Positions 9,461-21,400 of a DNA stretch of 32,000 nucleotides are shown here, piece after piece. The first letter of the stretch is position 1; each line of letters starts with the position of its first letter. Source of the stretch: Candidatus Saccharimonadota bacterium (lineage in GTDB: Bacteria; Patescibacteriota; Gracilibacteria; Absconditabacterales; Absconditicoccaceae). Both the position numbers and the translations under genes were made by a program. The notes beneath the pieces were generated by a model that was not told the origin of the DNA, searched no databases, and worked only from the letters and a program-made list of their open reading frames with translations. The stretch spans positions 900,001 to 932,000 of the forward strand of contig CP006913.1 of the NCBI GenBank assembly GCA_000503875.1, written 5' to 3'.

Positions 9461-11560
9461 ATGAACCTCAATCCAAACTATAGATACATTGGTCTCGACT
9501 TCGAAACTACTTGATTAGATTTTTCCAAGGACGAACCAATTCAAATCGGAATAGTCGAAATAGATCATACAGGGAAAATTATCAAAGAATTTTCTTCCCT
9601 ACTCAAACCCACAAAAGATCTAAGTGAACTCAAAACAATAGTCTGATTTATCACAGGAATATCTATCGATGATATAGCAAACGCTCCAACTCCACAAGAT
9701 ATCTTACCACAAATTCAATGATTTTTCACAGATAACACTATTCTTATAGGTCACAACATCAGGTTTGACCTAGAATTTCTTCATAAATTTTTTCCCGAAC
9801 TAAGCTATGCAAACAACATAGACACCTACCCGCTGGCACAAGGAATGATTCACTATCAGTCCAGTTACGCCCTAGAGGTTCTTGTGCCAGGAGAAAATGC
9901 TCACAACGCACTTCAAGATACCAAAAACGCACTTACGCTTTTTCAAAAGATCATCGAAAAAATAGAAAATCTCCAAACGAAATACCCTATCGTTTCGCAT
10001 TTCACCTCACAAGAAATATTTTCTCTCGCTGCATATTTACCAGCAAAAGGCCCAACATTAAACAACGACATCAAAGACATTCCCAGGCTCAACAAAATTA
10101 TGGGTGCAAATACCCAATCACAGGCTAACGAATCTACAATTGATCTCTGACAACTCGAAAATCAAAAAAGATATTATCTAGGAAACACCAATCTCAAAAC
10201 TTTTTTGGAACGTGTTGCTCCCAACAAAAATATTATCTTAGCTTTCTCCAATCTCCAAAAACTCAATATTGCAAAATCAATGCTCAATGCTATGGGTATC
10301 AAAAATCTCGGATTTCTCAAAGATGACCAGATGATTGATTATCAGAAATTTGAAAGTTTTCTCAACAAAACAACATTCACCAATGAAGAAATTTTATTTA
10401 TCTGTAAATATTATTCTCATCTAGAACAAGGATTGGGACTCCTCGATCTCAACACCAAGAGCGATTATCAGATTTATCATTTTCTCAAAAACAAAAAAGA
10501 GAAAACAAGATATCCAATCGTTCTCGCTACCCACCAATGATTATTTAGCTATATTCAAGAAACAACCAACGAATATCAAGATTACGATATCTTATTTTTC
10601 GATGCAGAACGACGATATAAAAGTTATAATTTGTTTCTTTCTCGTCCACAAGATATGTATTATACGCTAAACTTTATAGAAACGCTCCTCTACAAACAAT
10701 TTTTAGAACAAGAGACAAACGCCAAAACCACAAAATCAAATAATCAAAAAATAGCTGCATTTTATACTTCTTTCCAAATTTTTATCGGTCAACTTTTTAT
10801 GGAAAGCAAGCAACTTTTCACAGGAAATAATGCAGAAAGAATACAAAGCAACCCCATTTCCACAGATTCAACTTTTTACAAAACAAATCTTATTTGGAAA
10901 CAGATCATAGATGCGTTGCCAACATTGGAAGACGAAGTCGATCCAAGTGATTTTGAAACAATAAAAAAACAATTTGATCACATTGAGACACTCTTCAATA
11001 CCGTAATTACTATCGAGAAAAAAATGATGAACGATGATATGTATTTCGTCTATAGTGAACATACCCAATATACATCATGGTCAGAATTTATTGAAATTTT
11101 TCCATCAACTATTTACTTTTTTTCCAATAGCGATAAAGCCGCAACCAATTTATTTCCCAACGAACAACCAAAAATTAATATCAAAACAAACAAAATCTGA
11201 CTTTATGACAAAATCGTTTGATATATTACCAACAACAGCCAAACACCACAAGACTACAAACAACAATCTTTTTTTATAGCATCCACAAGGAAAGAAGAAT
11301 CAAAACAATTATTTGAATCTCTCTACAAAAGTAATCTGCATAATCACTATACCATAGTCGCCGAAAACATTACCTGATGAGCCGGAAAAAACATTTTTAA
11401 GTTAAAAAACTCGGCTCCAAAGATTATTATCGGATGATATGCGTTCTTACTCGCTATATATGCAGAGTGTATTTCTCTTGATGAAATCATCGTTTTCAAT
11501 ATAAGAGGAAACAATGAGCAATCGATTTTAGATGACATCCAACGGTATGCCAATAGTTAA
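9461..11560 (+). CDS. DnaQ-family (DEDDh) 3'-5' exonuclease domain with a long DinG-like but apparently degenerate C-terminal region (~699 aa)
   Basis: Frame 2 is open from ATG 9461 to TAA 11558-11560, with junctions checked. Motifs: Exo I IGLDFETT-G(TGA 9512-9514)-LD, Exo II LIGHNIRFDLEFL, Exo III AHNALQDT. I saw no GKT/GKS Walker A in the ~520-aa extension. The C-terminus (KIIIGGYAFLL...IIVFNIRG) recalls DinG-type helicases. Confidence 0.8.
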
Positions 11561-11567
11561 AATCTTG

Positions 11568-12425
11568 ATGAGCGACATTATCAAATTTTTTCTAGCAACA
11601 ATAATTCTTTTGCTAGGATTTTTATGGAAAGGTGAAAAGGTATGAGAAATACAAGAAATACTCTTTTTTCAAGATTATTTAAGCCAAGAAAGTATCGAAG
11701 AACAAATAGAAGAACAAAAAATACATCCTAGTGCACCAGATATTCAAGATACATGTTCTTCTCAAGATCAACTCTGTAAAAAAATAAAAACACTTGAAAC
11801 ACAGGAGATGATTCCTTATAAAAATCAAGTTCATATCGCAACATATTTTATAAACGACAATCAAATTATTGAAAAAAAAATTGTAAATACTATCAAAGAA
11901 ATTGAAATCAAAAATAATGAAGAAGGAAAAAGGGGGTCTGCAACACGAGATACAATAGAACTCAACGTATGACTAACCAATTGACTCAAGGAATTTCAAA
12001 ATCTTTCGACGCATGAATTATGACATATTTTTGATTTAGGGGTAATTCAAGGAAAACAATCGACAAAAAGCAAAGTATTTACTGAAGGGAAAAGAGTCGT
12101 TTTTGCAACAGATGACCCATCATTCTTCTTTTATAAACTATCACGAACATCAGAATCTATTAGAAAGAAAGACGTAAGCAAAAAAGATTTTTGTAGCTGA
12201 TATGGTATGACAGATCCATTTGAAGACTTTTCAGAATGTTTTAACTTATATATCAATAATCAAAATTTTTTCAAATTTATTGCCAAAAAAAACAAGATTC
12301 TCGCGAAAAAATATAATTTTATAGCTACTCTTCTTCAATGACAATATAAAGAAAAAAATACTGAAGCTATATTATTACTAAAAGGAAATACCGCTCGAAG
12401 ACCACGAGATACAACAAAACTATAA
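11568..12425 (+). CDS. Putative membrane-anchored HExxH zinc metallopeptidase-like protein (~285 aa)
   Basis: ATG 11568 to TAA 12423-12425. N-terminal TM helix (IIKFFLATIILLLGFLW) and motif STHELGHIFDLG. It starts 7 nt after the previous gene. Confidence 0.65.
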
Positions 12426-12450
12426 AACATAATTTACATTCAACAAAATA

Positions 12451-13836
12451 ATGCTCAAAAGAAAATTTATCATTAGTACACTAATAATAATACGATGAAT
12501 ATCTCCATTCATTTCTTTTTGAGCAAACGAACAACCAACTTCTTGTGCAGCATGCTGAAGTTCTCCAACTAATTTGAGTTTAATAAATAGTTTTACAACA
12601 GAAATATTAGCAAATATCAAAACTATTTGAGATAAAGATCCATATGCGGGGAAGCATGTTCCACCAAGTCGATATGATTCAGGTAAGTTTGTGGCTCCCA
12701 AACAAAGCATTGTTTCAAAAACGCTTAGACGAGCAAGAGAATCTTTGGGAAGTGTTTTAGCAGTCAAAAGAATCCATTTAGAATTGAGTGATCTAGCAAA
12801 CGTTGGTGATTCACTTGGTGTGTTAGCAAAGAATCATGTTGTTCTAAGGGATCGACAAAAAATGAGTAAAATTGAACAAGATATAAACAGAAAAAAATAC
12901 GAATTATCCGTTGGTTGATGACGAACAGATACCATAGCATGAGTTACTCTTGAAAAAATGCAATCAGTCATCAAAAGATACGAAGAATTATGAATATTAG
13001 ATACTTCAACAATAATAGATGATTGAGCAGAGTATGGAGATTTGATACTTTTATTGTGAAGACTCAATAGTTCTGTAAAACATTTGGTAGCTCTCGGAGG
13101 AGAAGCATGGGCGAAATCAGAGAAAGACGTATTCCTAGACCTCCGAACCAGTTGAGAAGTTGCGATAAAACTAAAGAAAAAGGCGGTAGAAGATATTAAA
13201 GCAGATTATGATTGTACAAAACGATATGCTTGTGAACAGTCTTGGACAAACATAAAAGATGAGATGAAAAAAATAAAAGATGCTTTCAAAGACGGTTTAG
13301 GAAATACTAAAGAACAAATAGCAATTGCCAATCAAAATCTCAAAAAAGCGTATTCTCAAGAAAATCTCAAAAAGACATTTATAACAGAAAATACTCTTGT
13401 AAATCAACTTTCATGAACATTAAAAAATCTAAAAAAACGAAGAGATAAAGCTGTAGAAATGGATAAAGAATACAATGAACGAGAAGATGGTGTATTAGAA
13501 AATCTTGCAAAAAAAGACACAACAATCAAAGATTGAGAAAAAGAAATAGCCAATTCTTTTGCAACAACCAATGATAAACAAAAAATTAAAGATAATTTCA
13601 AAAAAAGAATTCAAGAGACGCAAAAGACTATACAAGATGAAACCAATTCTATGATTGGTAGATACGAAACAAACGATATTTCAGATATTATGGCATATTT
13701 TGTAGCAATTTCTCAAAGGACTAATGGAATAATCAATAAAACAATAGGAAGCAAAGATGAAGGGCTTATCAGTAATTTAGGTGCTCTTTGTGAAAAACAA
13801 TGTAGTAACATCGGAAATAAATCTTGTTATTATTAA
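12451..13836 (+). CDS. Secreted hypothetical protein (~461 aa), partly charged and coiled-coil-like, with a Cys-containing C-terminus
   Basis: Frame 1 is open from ATG 12451 (TAA upstream at 12430-12432) to TAA 13834-13836, checked line by line. The N-terminus is signal-like (MLKRKFIISTLIII..ISPFISFGA). There are many in-frame TGA and nine CGA codons. Confidence 0.7.
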
Positions 13837-13850
13837 TCTTACTATACCAT

Positions 13851-15032
13851 ATGAAAAAAAGAAATGCGCATCAACTAGCAATCAAGTTTATATGAAGCAT
13901 CATCATAATATGTTTATTTTTTTGATGATGGAATTTCGCAGAAATAATAAATACAGAAACCCTTATTTGATGAATTGATGCTATAGAAAAAGCAAGTACA
14001 GATAGAGAAAAATTTGATGAGATGATACTTCATTTTTGTTGAGCAATAACCAAATGAAATGAAGATATTTATGACAGTCACCAATCATTATTTGTATATT
14101 ACATTTGCAAAAATCAACCAAACCCAAATAAAGTAGAAACATACAAATTAGATCCAACTTTCGATCAAAATAAATGATTCTCGGAAAACGCCAAAACATC
14201 ATATACAAGATTTATAGAAGATGATGAAGGAAATAAAATAAATGAATTAGATATAAATCTGCCATCTATGTATTACAATACCGAGGATTATATTCAGACT
14301 TTATTTGATATTATAATAGGAAGTTATACGAGTATATATCAAGCAAACGTTTATGGATATATCAACAATCCAGATAAAACAATAGAGGAAAATATTCACG
14401 ATAACTTTGCAAATAAATATTTTAAAATAGATCCAGAAGAAAATACATATATAAAATTTTGTGCTACTGATGATGAAAAATACAAATACCCAAAAACTTG
14501 TAAAAAACTCAAGGAATATTTTTATGGAGCGTGAAATCTCATAAATTCCAATGAAGAAAATTATTTAAACGATAAAAATATATACAAAACATACGAAACC
14601 AATAAAGAAAGCTGTACAGAGAAAAACAGCAAAAATAATATTATTCCTTGTTGATTATATGGATGAGAAACAAAATATTTTACAAAACTCGTATACAATG
14701 AACTAATGTTTTATGCGCTTTTTGTAGATTATTATTCTTATCTTTTGCAAAATAAATCTGATTTTAAAAATTGGGATGTTATCGAATTTCAAAAAAAACT
14801 CGCAAACAATCAAAACAGAATCCAAGATATGATAAATAATATAGAAACATCTAGAGAAGCAATCCAAACAACAATCAAAATGTTAAAAGAAATTCAATAT
14901 ACATTTCCTATTCATATTGGATTCTTAATGTATAGCGAAGATATCTACAAATTCACAACTAGCATGAATAAAACATTAACTCCAATATACACTTTACACG
15001 ACATCTTGAGAAATGTTCAAAAGACAGACTAG
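13851..15032 (+). CDS. Secreted or membrane-anchored hypothetical protein (~393 aa)
   Basis: Frame 0 is open from ATG 13851 to TAG 15030-15032, checked. N-terminal hydrophobic segment (IKFIGSIIIICLFFGGW). Track pieces 14268..14534 and 14706..15032 share the frame. Confidence 0.7.
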
Positions 15033-17034
15033 AAGAATCAAACAAATTATTATTCTATGAGCTTTATTATGACTGATACTAAGCCTATTTTTTCTCAAAA
15101 AAGAAGTATTTGGTGCTACAATAAACAGTGTATTACAAGGGTTAATCAATACCATAGAAGGTAATGAACCAACAGAAAAATTATTTGAATGAGATGCTAT
15201 GGTAGAAAATATTTACAAAAAAGCTATTAATGGTAAAAAAAGAAAAACAGCAAATATAACAAACATTGGAATAGAAAAAATACAATTTATAAATAGTTGA
15301 GTAACTATAGAAAAAGAAGATCTCTTAAATATCTTATATAATAGCAATAACAATGTAAATGTAGGTATACGTTTTCTATGTAAAACTTGTAAAATTTCTC
15401 CCAGTGATATAAATAAAAGCTATGAAAAAGTAATTTTAGAATTAGAAAAAACACAGGCTATAACAACAAAAAATGACAATGTTCTAACAAGAGCAAAAGT
15501 TGATGAACGAATAAATAGTCAATTTATTATTGCTTCTAATGGGGAAACAGCTTTGACAAAATTCAATGAAGCAACCGTTGGGGAAGATTTATTTATAAAT
15601 GGTGTTGAAGACGATAGTGATTATGATTTACAAATAGACATTGAAAATATAGGAAATCTTTTGTTTGAATCTTTTATAGCTCCTATTGAAACAGTGTTTT
15701 ATAAATTACCACCAAACAAATCCGGCTCTTCATCAAACAATAATGTAAATACTAGCACCGATAAACAAGATCTAATAAATATATTACAAAACACACTCAC
15801 CTCACCATCTATAAATACATGAGTAATAACAAATTGATGATGACAAATTACTAACACGTCAAAAACAACGAATACCAAGAATACCCCAACAACAAATACA
15901 CCAAAAACAACGAATCAAGATATGTCTGATACAGAAATAGCCGATACAACATTACAAAAATTTGTAGATAAAAATACACTAACACAAAAAGCAACAACAC
16001 AATTAGCTGGTATAGAGTGAGATATTTGTAGAGAATGAGTAAGTGCAGGACCAATAACACCAACAGAGGAACAAGAAGAAAACATAAATGCTGAAGACCT
16101 TGATACGTATCTGTCTACTATTCAATGACAAATAGAAACATATGACAATATATATCCAGAAAATCAATACATACCAAATATAACAAACAATCCAGCTTTT
16201 AATGATATGACACCTAGCCAGACAAATCAATTTATTGAGCAATATATAGAAGATCTATTCAAAGTAGAATCAACTGAATCTTGTATAAAGAATTGTAGTA
16301 GTTTACCCTTATCTGAAAGAACTGTTTGTCAAATACAATGTCTATGCTTCACTATGAGCTGGCCAAAAGATCCAGATATAAGAGTCAAAAGTATGAATGA
16401 AATGCTCAAGCTAAGATTTTGTATGGTTCCTGCAAAAAGTATGGCAATACCAAAATGAAAAAATATTTATAGTCTCGATGATATTTTGACAAGAATAGAA
16501 ACAAATATGGGTGATTTGGTTAATTGATGAGATATGGTAAAATTTCAAAAAACCAAAGAATTTTTAGACAATCCTATTGCAGAATTTAGCTTTTCAAAAT
16601 TAATATCATTTCAAATTAATCTCAATATGAAACCGATTTTCAACAACAAATCCGCTATAGCAAAAAAAGATCAAAAAGAAACTTCTATCCAAAAATTAGA
16701 AAAAATAAGTTGAAAAGAACAAACAGTAGGTATTGATACAAATAAATATCTTGTCGTTCAAGATAATGAAAAAAACAAAGTATACAAAAAATATGCTTGA
16801 TCAGTAGAAGAATATCAAAACAATTATGAACAAGCAAAATTAATAAGAGATATGACTTGACGACAAAATGTGTCTATAGATACAAGAAAAATACCTATAG
16901 TAGAAGAAGAAAAAAGTAAGATGTTAACAATTATAGTGGATTTTTTAGAACAAAATCTCACCTTTCGAGAACAGACAGAAAAAGAACTTCAAAATCTAAA
17001 TAATATTGTATTTTCTCTTCAAAGTAAGCTTTAG
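15013..17034 (+). CDS. Secreted hypothetical protein (~673 aa) with a Thr/Asn/Lys-rich linker and a Cys-rich segment
   Basis: Frame 1 is open from ATG 15013 to TAG 17032-17034, checked. Signal-like N-terminus (MFKRQTRRIKQIIILGALLGLILSLFF). It overlaps the upstream gene by 20 nt. Linker TNTSKTTNTKNTPTTNTPKTTNQ; Cys cluster CIKNCSS...CQIQCLC. Confidence 0.7.
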
Positions 17035-17492
17035 GTCAAAAATGCTGCAGTAATAGCTTTCATAATTGCGTATGAAAAAGTAATAACAATAACACCTATA
17101 ATAGCATTTTTTATTGCTGTATTTCATTTTGATGTAGCTCAAGAATCAGCATTAAATATACTAGTAGCGTAAAGATATCCCGCATAAACGATAAAACAGG
17201 CTCCAACAAAAATTCCTATTTCAGACAAAAATTTAATAAGGTATGCTAAATAATCCAATAAAGTATCCCAAGTAAAAATACCCGAAGCCATCTGAGCCGC
17301 TAAATTTCAATCTTCTTGATATTCAGTAGCTTGTCTATTATATTCATCCCAGACATGTCATCATACTCAAACCTCATTTACATCTTTTTCTACGGTATCA
17401 CCAGGCTTAAGTTCTGGTATAATTTCTAAATTTTGAGCAAACAACGATCAATAAAAACCCAAGGAAATAATAAGTATCACAAGGTATTTCAT
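17031..17492 (-). CDS. TrbC/VirB2-like (T4SS-pilin-like) small two-TM protein (~153 aa)
   Basis: The minus frame is open from ATG (17492-17490) to TAA (17033-17031), checked. After a signal peptide (MKYLVILIISLGFYGSLFA) come two hydrophobic helices separated by a short polar loop (FLSEIGIFVGACFIVYAGYLYATS..SGATSKGNTAIKNAIIGVIVITFSYAIMKAI). This is the layout I associate with the pilin-like family common in CPR genomes. Confidence 0.65.
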
Positions 17493-17514
17493 GAGAAATA
17501 TATAAAAAATAAAG

Positions 17515-18357
17515 TTATTTTGTACAGGTATCTGATAGTGGTGCTTGTTTAACTAATGTATTGAAAAGACTGGAAATAGCAACAAACTTATCAAATAGTT
17601 TCATCAATCTATCTTGCACAAATTGTTTAGTATAAGATGTTAAACCATCAACTAACAACGTTGCTGCATTATATTGAGATATCATTATAGCCAAAGATGT
17701 TTCTTGTCTTATTCTTGCCTTAACCATAGACAAACATCTACCATAATATCAATCATTTACTATATCTATATTACGAAGATTTAATCATTGATAATACATC
17801 ATCATCGACATAAAACAATAATTAATATATTTATCGTGAAGATTAAATCACTTACTTTCATTTATTATATTACGAAGAGTAGTCGCGTAATTACTTGATT
17901 CATAACGAGAAAAAAGATAGGTTCAAGATAACATCCAATATTTTAAATAATATTTCTGAAAAATTTTGGGCGTTTTAATCTGTTCAGTATTTTTTACAAA
18001 TTCTCTCCATATTTTTCATTGAGGATCTGGTTCCATATTAGGATACATAGATTCTGCATCTAATTTTCTGAGTCCAACATCTATCAAATGATCATACCAA
18101 TAAGGACTTTCTGCTCCAAAAACAAGATTATCACATTTTCAAATCAAAGCAGAAAGATCCGCTCTATTTGTACAACAATAAGATCTTAAGTGATCGCGAG
18201 CAATTTCTAAATCATTTGCTGGCAAAAAGTTTTCAAATAATGACCAAGAAGCAACTACAGAAATAGATTCACAATCGTCTTTTGCAAAACTAAACGCAGA
18301 AAAAAAAACAACAAAGATCAAACAAAATCAGAATATTTTTTTGGTTAAATTAGTCAT
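17515..18357 (-). CDS. Secreted Cys-containing hypothetical protein (~280 aa)
   Basis: The minus frame is open from ATG (18357-18355) to TAA (17517-17515), with all triplets checked. Signal peptide (FGFCLIFVVFFSAFSFA). Track pieces 17515..17733 and 18139..18321 share the frame. Confidence 0.7.
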
Positions 18358-18410
18358 GACCAATAATAAACAAGAATAAAACTATCGACTATTAACTATA
18401 AGCCATTAGC

Positions 18411-21400
18411 TTATTTCATAAGACGAGTTTTTGTCGTAATTCTTACAATATCTTTTTCCAAGAAATCTTTGATAACATAAATAACCGAACGAGTTGTTGT
18501 ATCATAACGATACTCACCTACAAGTGATGTTGATGCTAATTTTGGAATATAAATCTGACCTATAGGAGAAATATACAAGATACATTCCTTATCTAAAGAT
18601 TGGATACAACTTCATCCAAAGAACGATCCAAAACTTGGTTGCGTAATATCTATCTTGGTATAAAAAGGTTCTTTCTGATATAAGGTAACATCATTCAATG
18701 CAAATGCTGGCATTTGAATCCAAAACACTGTCGTTGATGTTTTTTTATTTAACACACGAACCAATGGATATCAAGTAATTAAATCGAGCATCACTGTATA
18801 GGTATCTTGATATGCAGGAAGAATTGTTATATTTCCATCAATTGAAATCTGACCTATTTCATTTCAACGATCATCATAAAGTCCTACTGTATTTCACATA
18901 CTAAAAACAGATCACGTAACAATAGTTTGTTTTGGTCAGACAGAAAATCATCAATAGCTGTTAGCCAAAGTACCTGACATTTCTTGCCAAAGATCATTTC
19001 TTTGTCTTTGAAAGATAACCATTCATTCATCTATATCATGAGATAATTCAGCAACAAGTTTGCCAGAAAATTCCGATACAGGGACAAATTCTTGTAATGC
19101 AATATTTGGTATTTGTATATCCAAAGTAGCTTTTTCTAATTGTCTATTTCCATTAAAATCTTCTGCTCCTATAAGATATTCCAAAGAATTTACACCAGTA
19201 AAATATAATCAAGTAATTTGGATATTTCCTGTTTGATTGGTTCCTGTCGAAAAAGAGATTAATTTACCATCTTTTTCAATCCACATATTAGATACAGCAA
19301 CATTATCTTTCCAATCAACAACAAGATTATAATATGTTCATACAAATCATTTATGACGTGATCAAGTACTTACTACCTCAGAAATAGATGGTCTTTGAAG
19401 CGTTATAACTGCTTCTGGTCAGACCATATCAGCAATAATTTGTCTTCCTGCAACTATTTGATTAGACCAAGGTCATTGAGGAATATAATAAGGATTTTCC
19501 AATGTATTGGTATTTTTGAGTGGTACAATTTCTGCATATTGCCAATTTCTTGGAATCTCATTTAGTCCAATCGATATTGTTGGTTGAGTTGGTTGATAAA
19601 ATTTTATTCCATAAATCAATTCTGAATACGTTCATCCAGAAAGGAAATCCAGAACATCCCTTGCTTTGCCAGCATCTTTACCTTTATAATAATATCTTTC
19701 TTTAAAATCTATTGTTGCTCAAGAATAATTTGTTTGATTAGGTAAGATCAAAATATATCTCTTATTCAAAAACTCGTCATCCAAGAAACGGAAATTACTA
19801 TCTTTATCTTGATAGGTATCTATCCTGTGATTTAATTTAATGAGATACCCATCTGCAGGTTCTCATAAAACAGTATGATTTGTCCAAGACATCTGAATAG
19901 CATCAAATGATTGTCCAACCATTTTAAAATTTTTCACTTCTTGAACAGGAGAAATCAGTTTTACAGAGATATCTCAAAAATCAACATATCACTCATCATC
20001 AGCTTTTTTAACCAAATCCTCATAAGAATCAGCAAAAGAAGATGAAAAAATACCCGGTGAATAAGTATATAATGATGTTGTTGTATCAGAATTTTTATGT
20101 TGAGATTCTTGTTTAGCATACTTAACATAAATAGTATTTGTGTCCCACATAATTAAATCTTGTCCAAGATCTTGGTTAATATCTGCTGAAAAATAACGAT
20201 CACGTATTTTTGTTACATATGGTTGAGATCTTACCACATTGATCATAGTTCATGATTGTGGATTTTCGACAAAGACTCAACGAACATAAGAAGAAATGTC
20301 AGATGAAAAATTAGTTGTCGGAGAAGTTGTTGGTGATGATGATGTTTGACTAAGTAATGGTTGATCCGAAGATGTCTCATTGCTAGCTATATAAGGAATT
20401 CAACAAGAAGCATAACTTATTTTATCAAATCATAATTTATCATATACATCATCAATAGTTGATTTCATTCCTTCTAAATATTCTGTTGTTTGCTCATAGT
20501 CAGACTTTGTCATACGAAGCTCATCAGGAGAAGATGTCGAAAGCGTTTCAAGATATCAATTAACCAACGTTGCATTGGTATCCATATATGCTTTAAAAGG
20601 AGATTCTTGTTGTTCGATAAGATCGTAGGTCTCTTTGTTCGTTGTAAACAACGGTGAGGCAAATGAAATTTCAATACGATCATCGTCAACCAAAGCAATA
20701 TCGTTACGTTTTAGTTGCGCTACAAAACGATCGTATGAGGAAACTGTTTTAGTTAATTCGCTAATTTCTTTTTGTTTTTTGATTAAAATAGTCTGAATTT
20801 CTTTTTGTATTGATTGAAGTTCTTTTGTAGCTGGAATAACAACAGCTGGTTTTTGTAAAACAGAGTTGATCTTTCAAATATCTTTTTGAATATCTGGATC
20901 ATCAACACGCATAGCAAATTCTTTAAGTCAGGCAGAAAGTTGTTTATATGCTACATCATATTCCAATGTTGGTGTTTCAGAAATCAATCAATCAAGCGGA
21001 ATATCAAGCGGTGGAACAGTAAAGTCTAAATTAACGTCTTGTATATCTTTGTTCAGAAAATCCATAACTTTATTGTTCTTTAATCCAGAAGTAGCTTGGT
21101 TAACTGCTTTGGAATATGAATTAGAAACATTATATGAAAAAGAATTAGCTGTCTCTGCAATTTGATTTAAGAATCCATAAAATCATGAGAAATCCATTTT
21201 AAATTGCAAAAAGCCATCAAGTTGTAAATCAAATCATTGAGGTTTTGGATCAGTTTTCCAAGTAAATGTTTGATTGAAAAAATCGAAAATAGGTACATCC
21301 CACGTTCTTTGTGTCATTTGTTCAACCTTTGCCTTTACTCACTCTTCTCCCACAAGACCAAATCCTTTTTTCAAAATACAAAATATTTTTACTACAAAGT

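Noticed and set aside
12420-13601. Minus-strand ORFs 12420..12767, 12834..13067 and 13404..13601.
   Set aside because: They lie antisense to the continuous plus-strand frame 12451..13836, which has a signal peptide and a clean start and stop. They show no recognisable features.
15830-15915. Tandem-looking DNA repeat (AAAACAACGAAT twice, many ACA/AAT units).
   Set aside because: It lies in frame inside the 15013..17034 ORF and encodes a Thr/Asn/Lys-rich linker. It is compositional low complexity, not a repeat element or CRISPR-like array.
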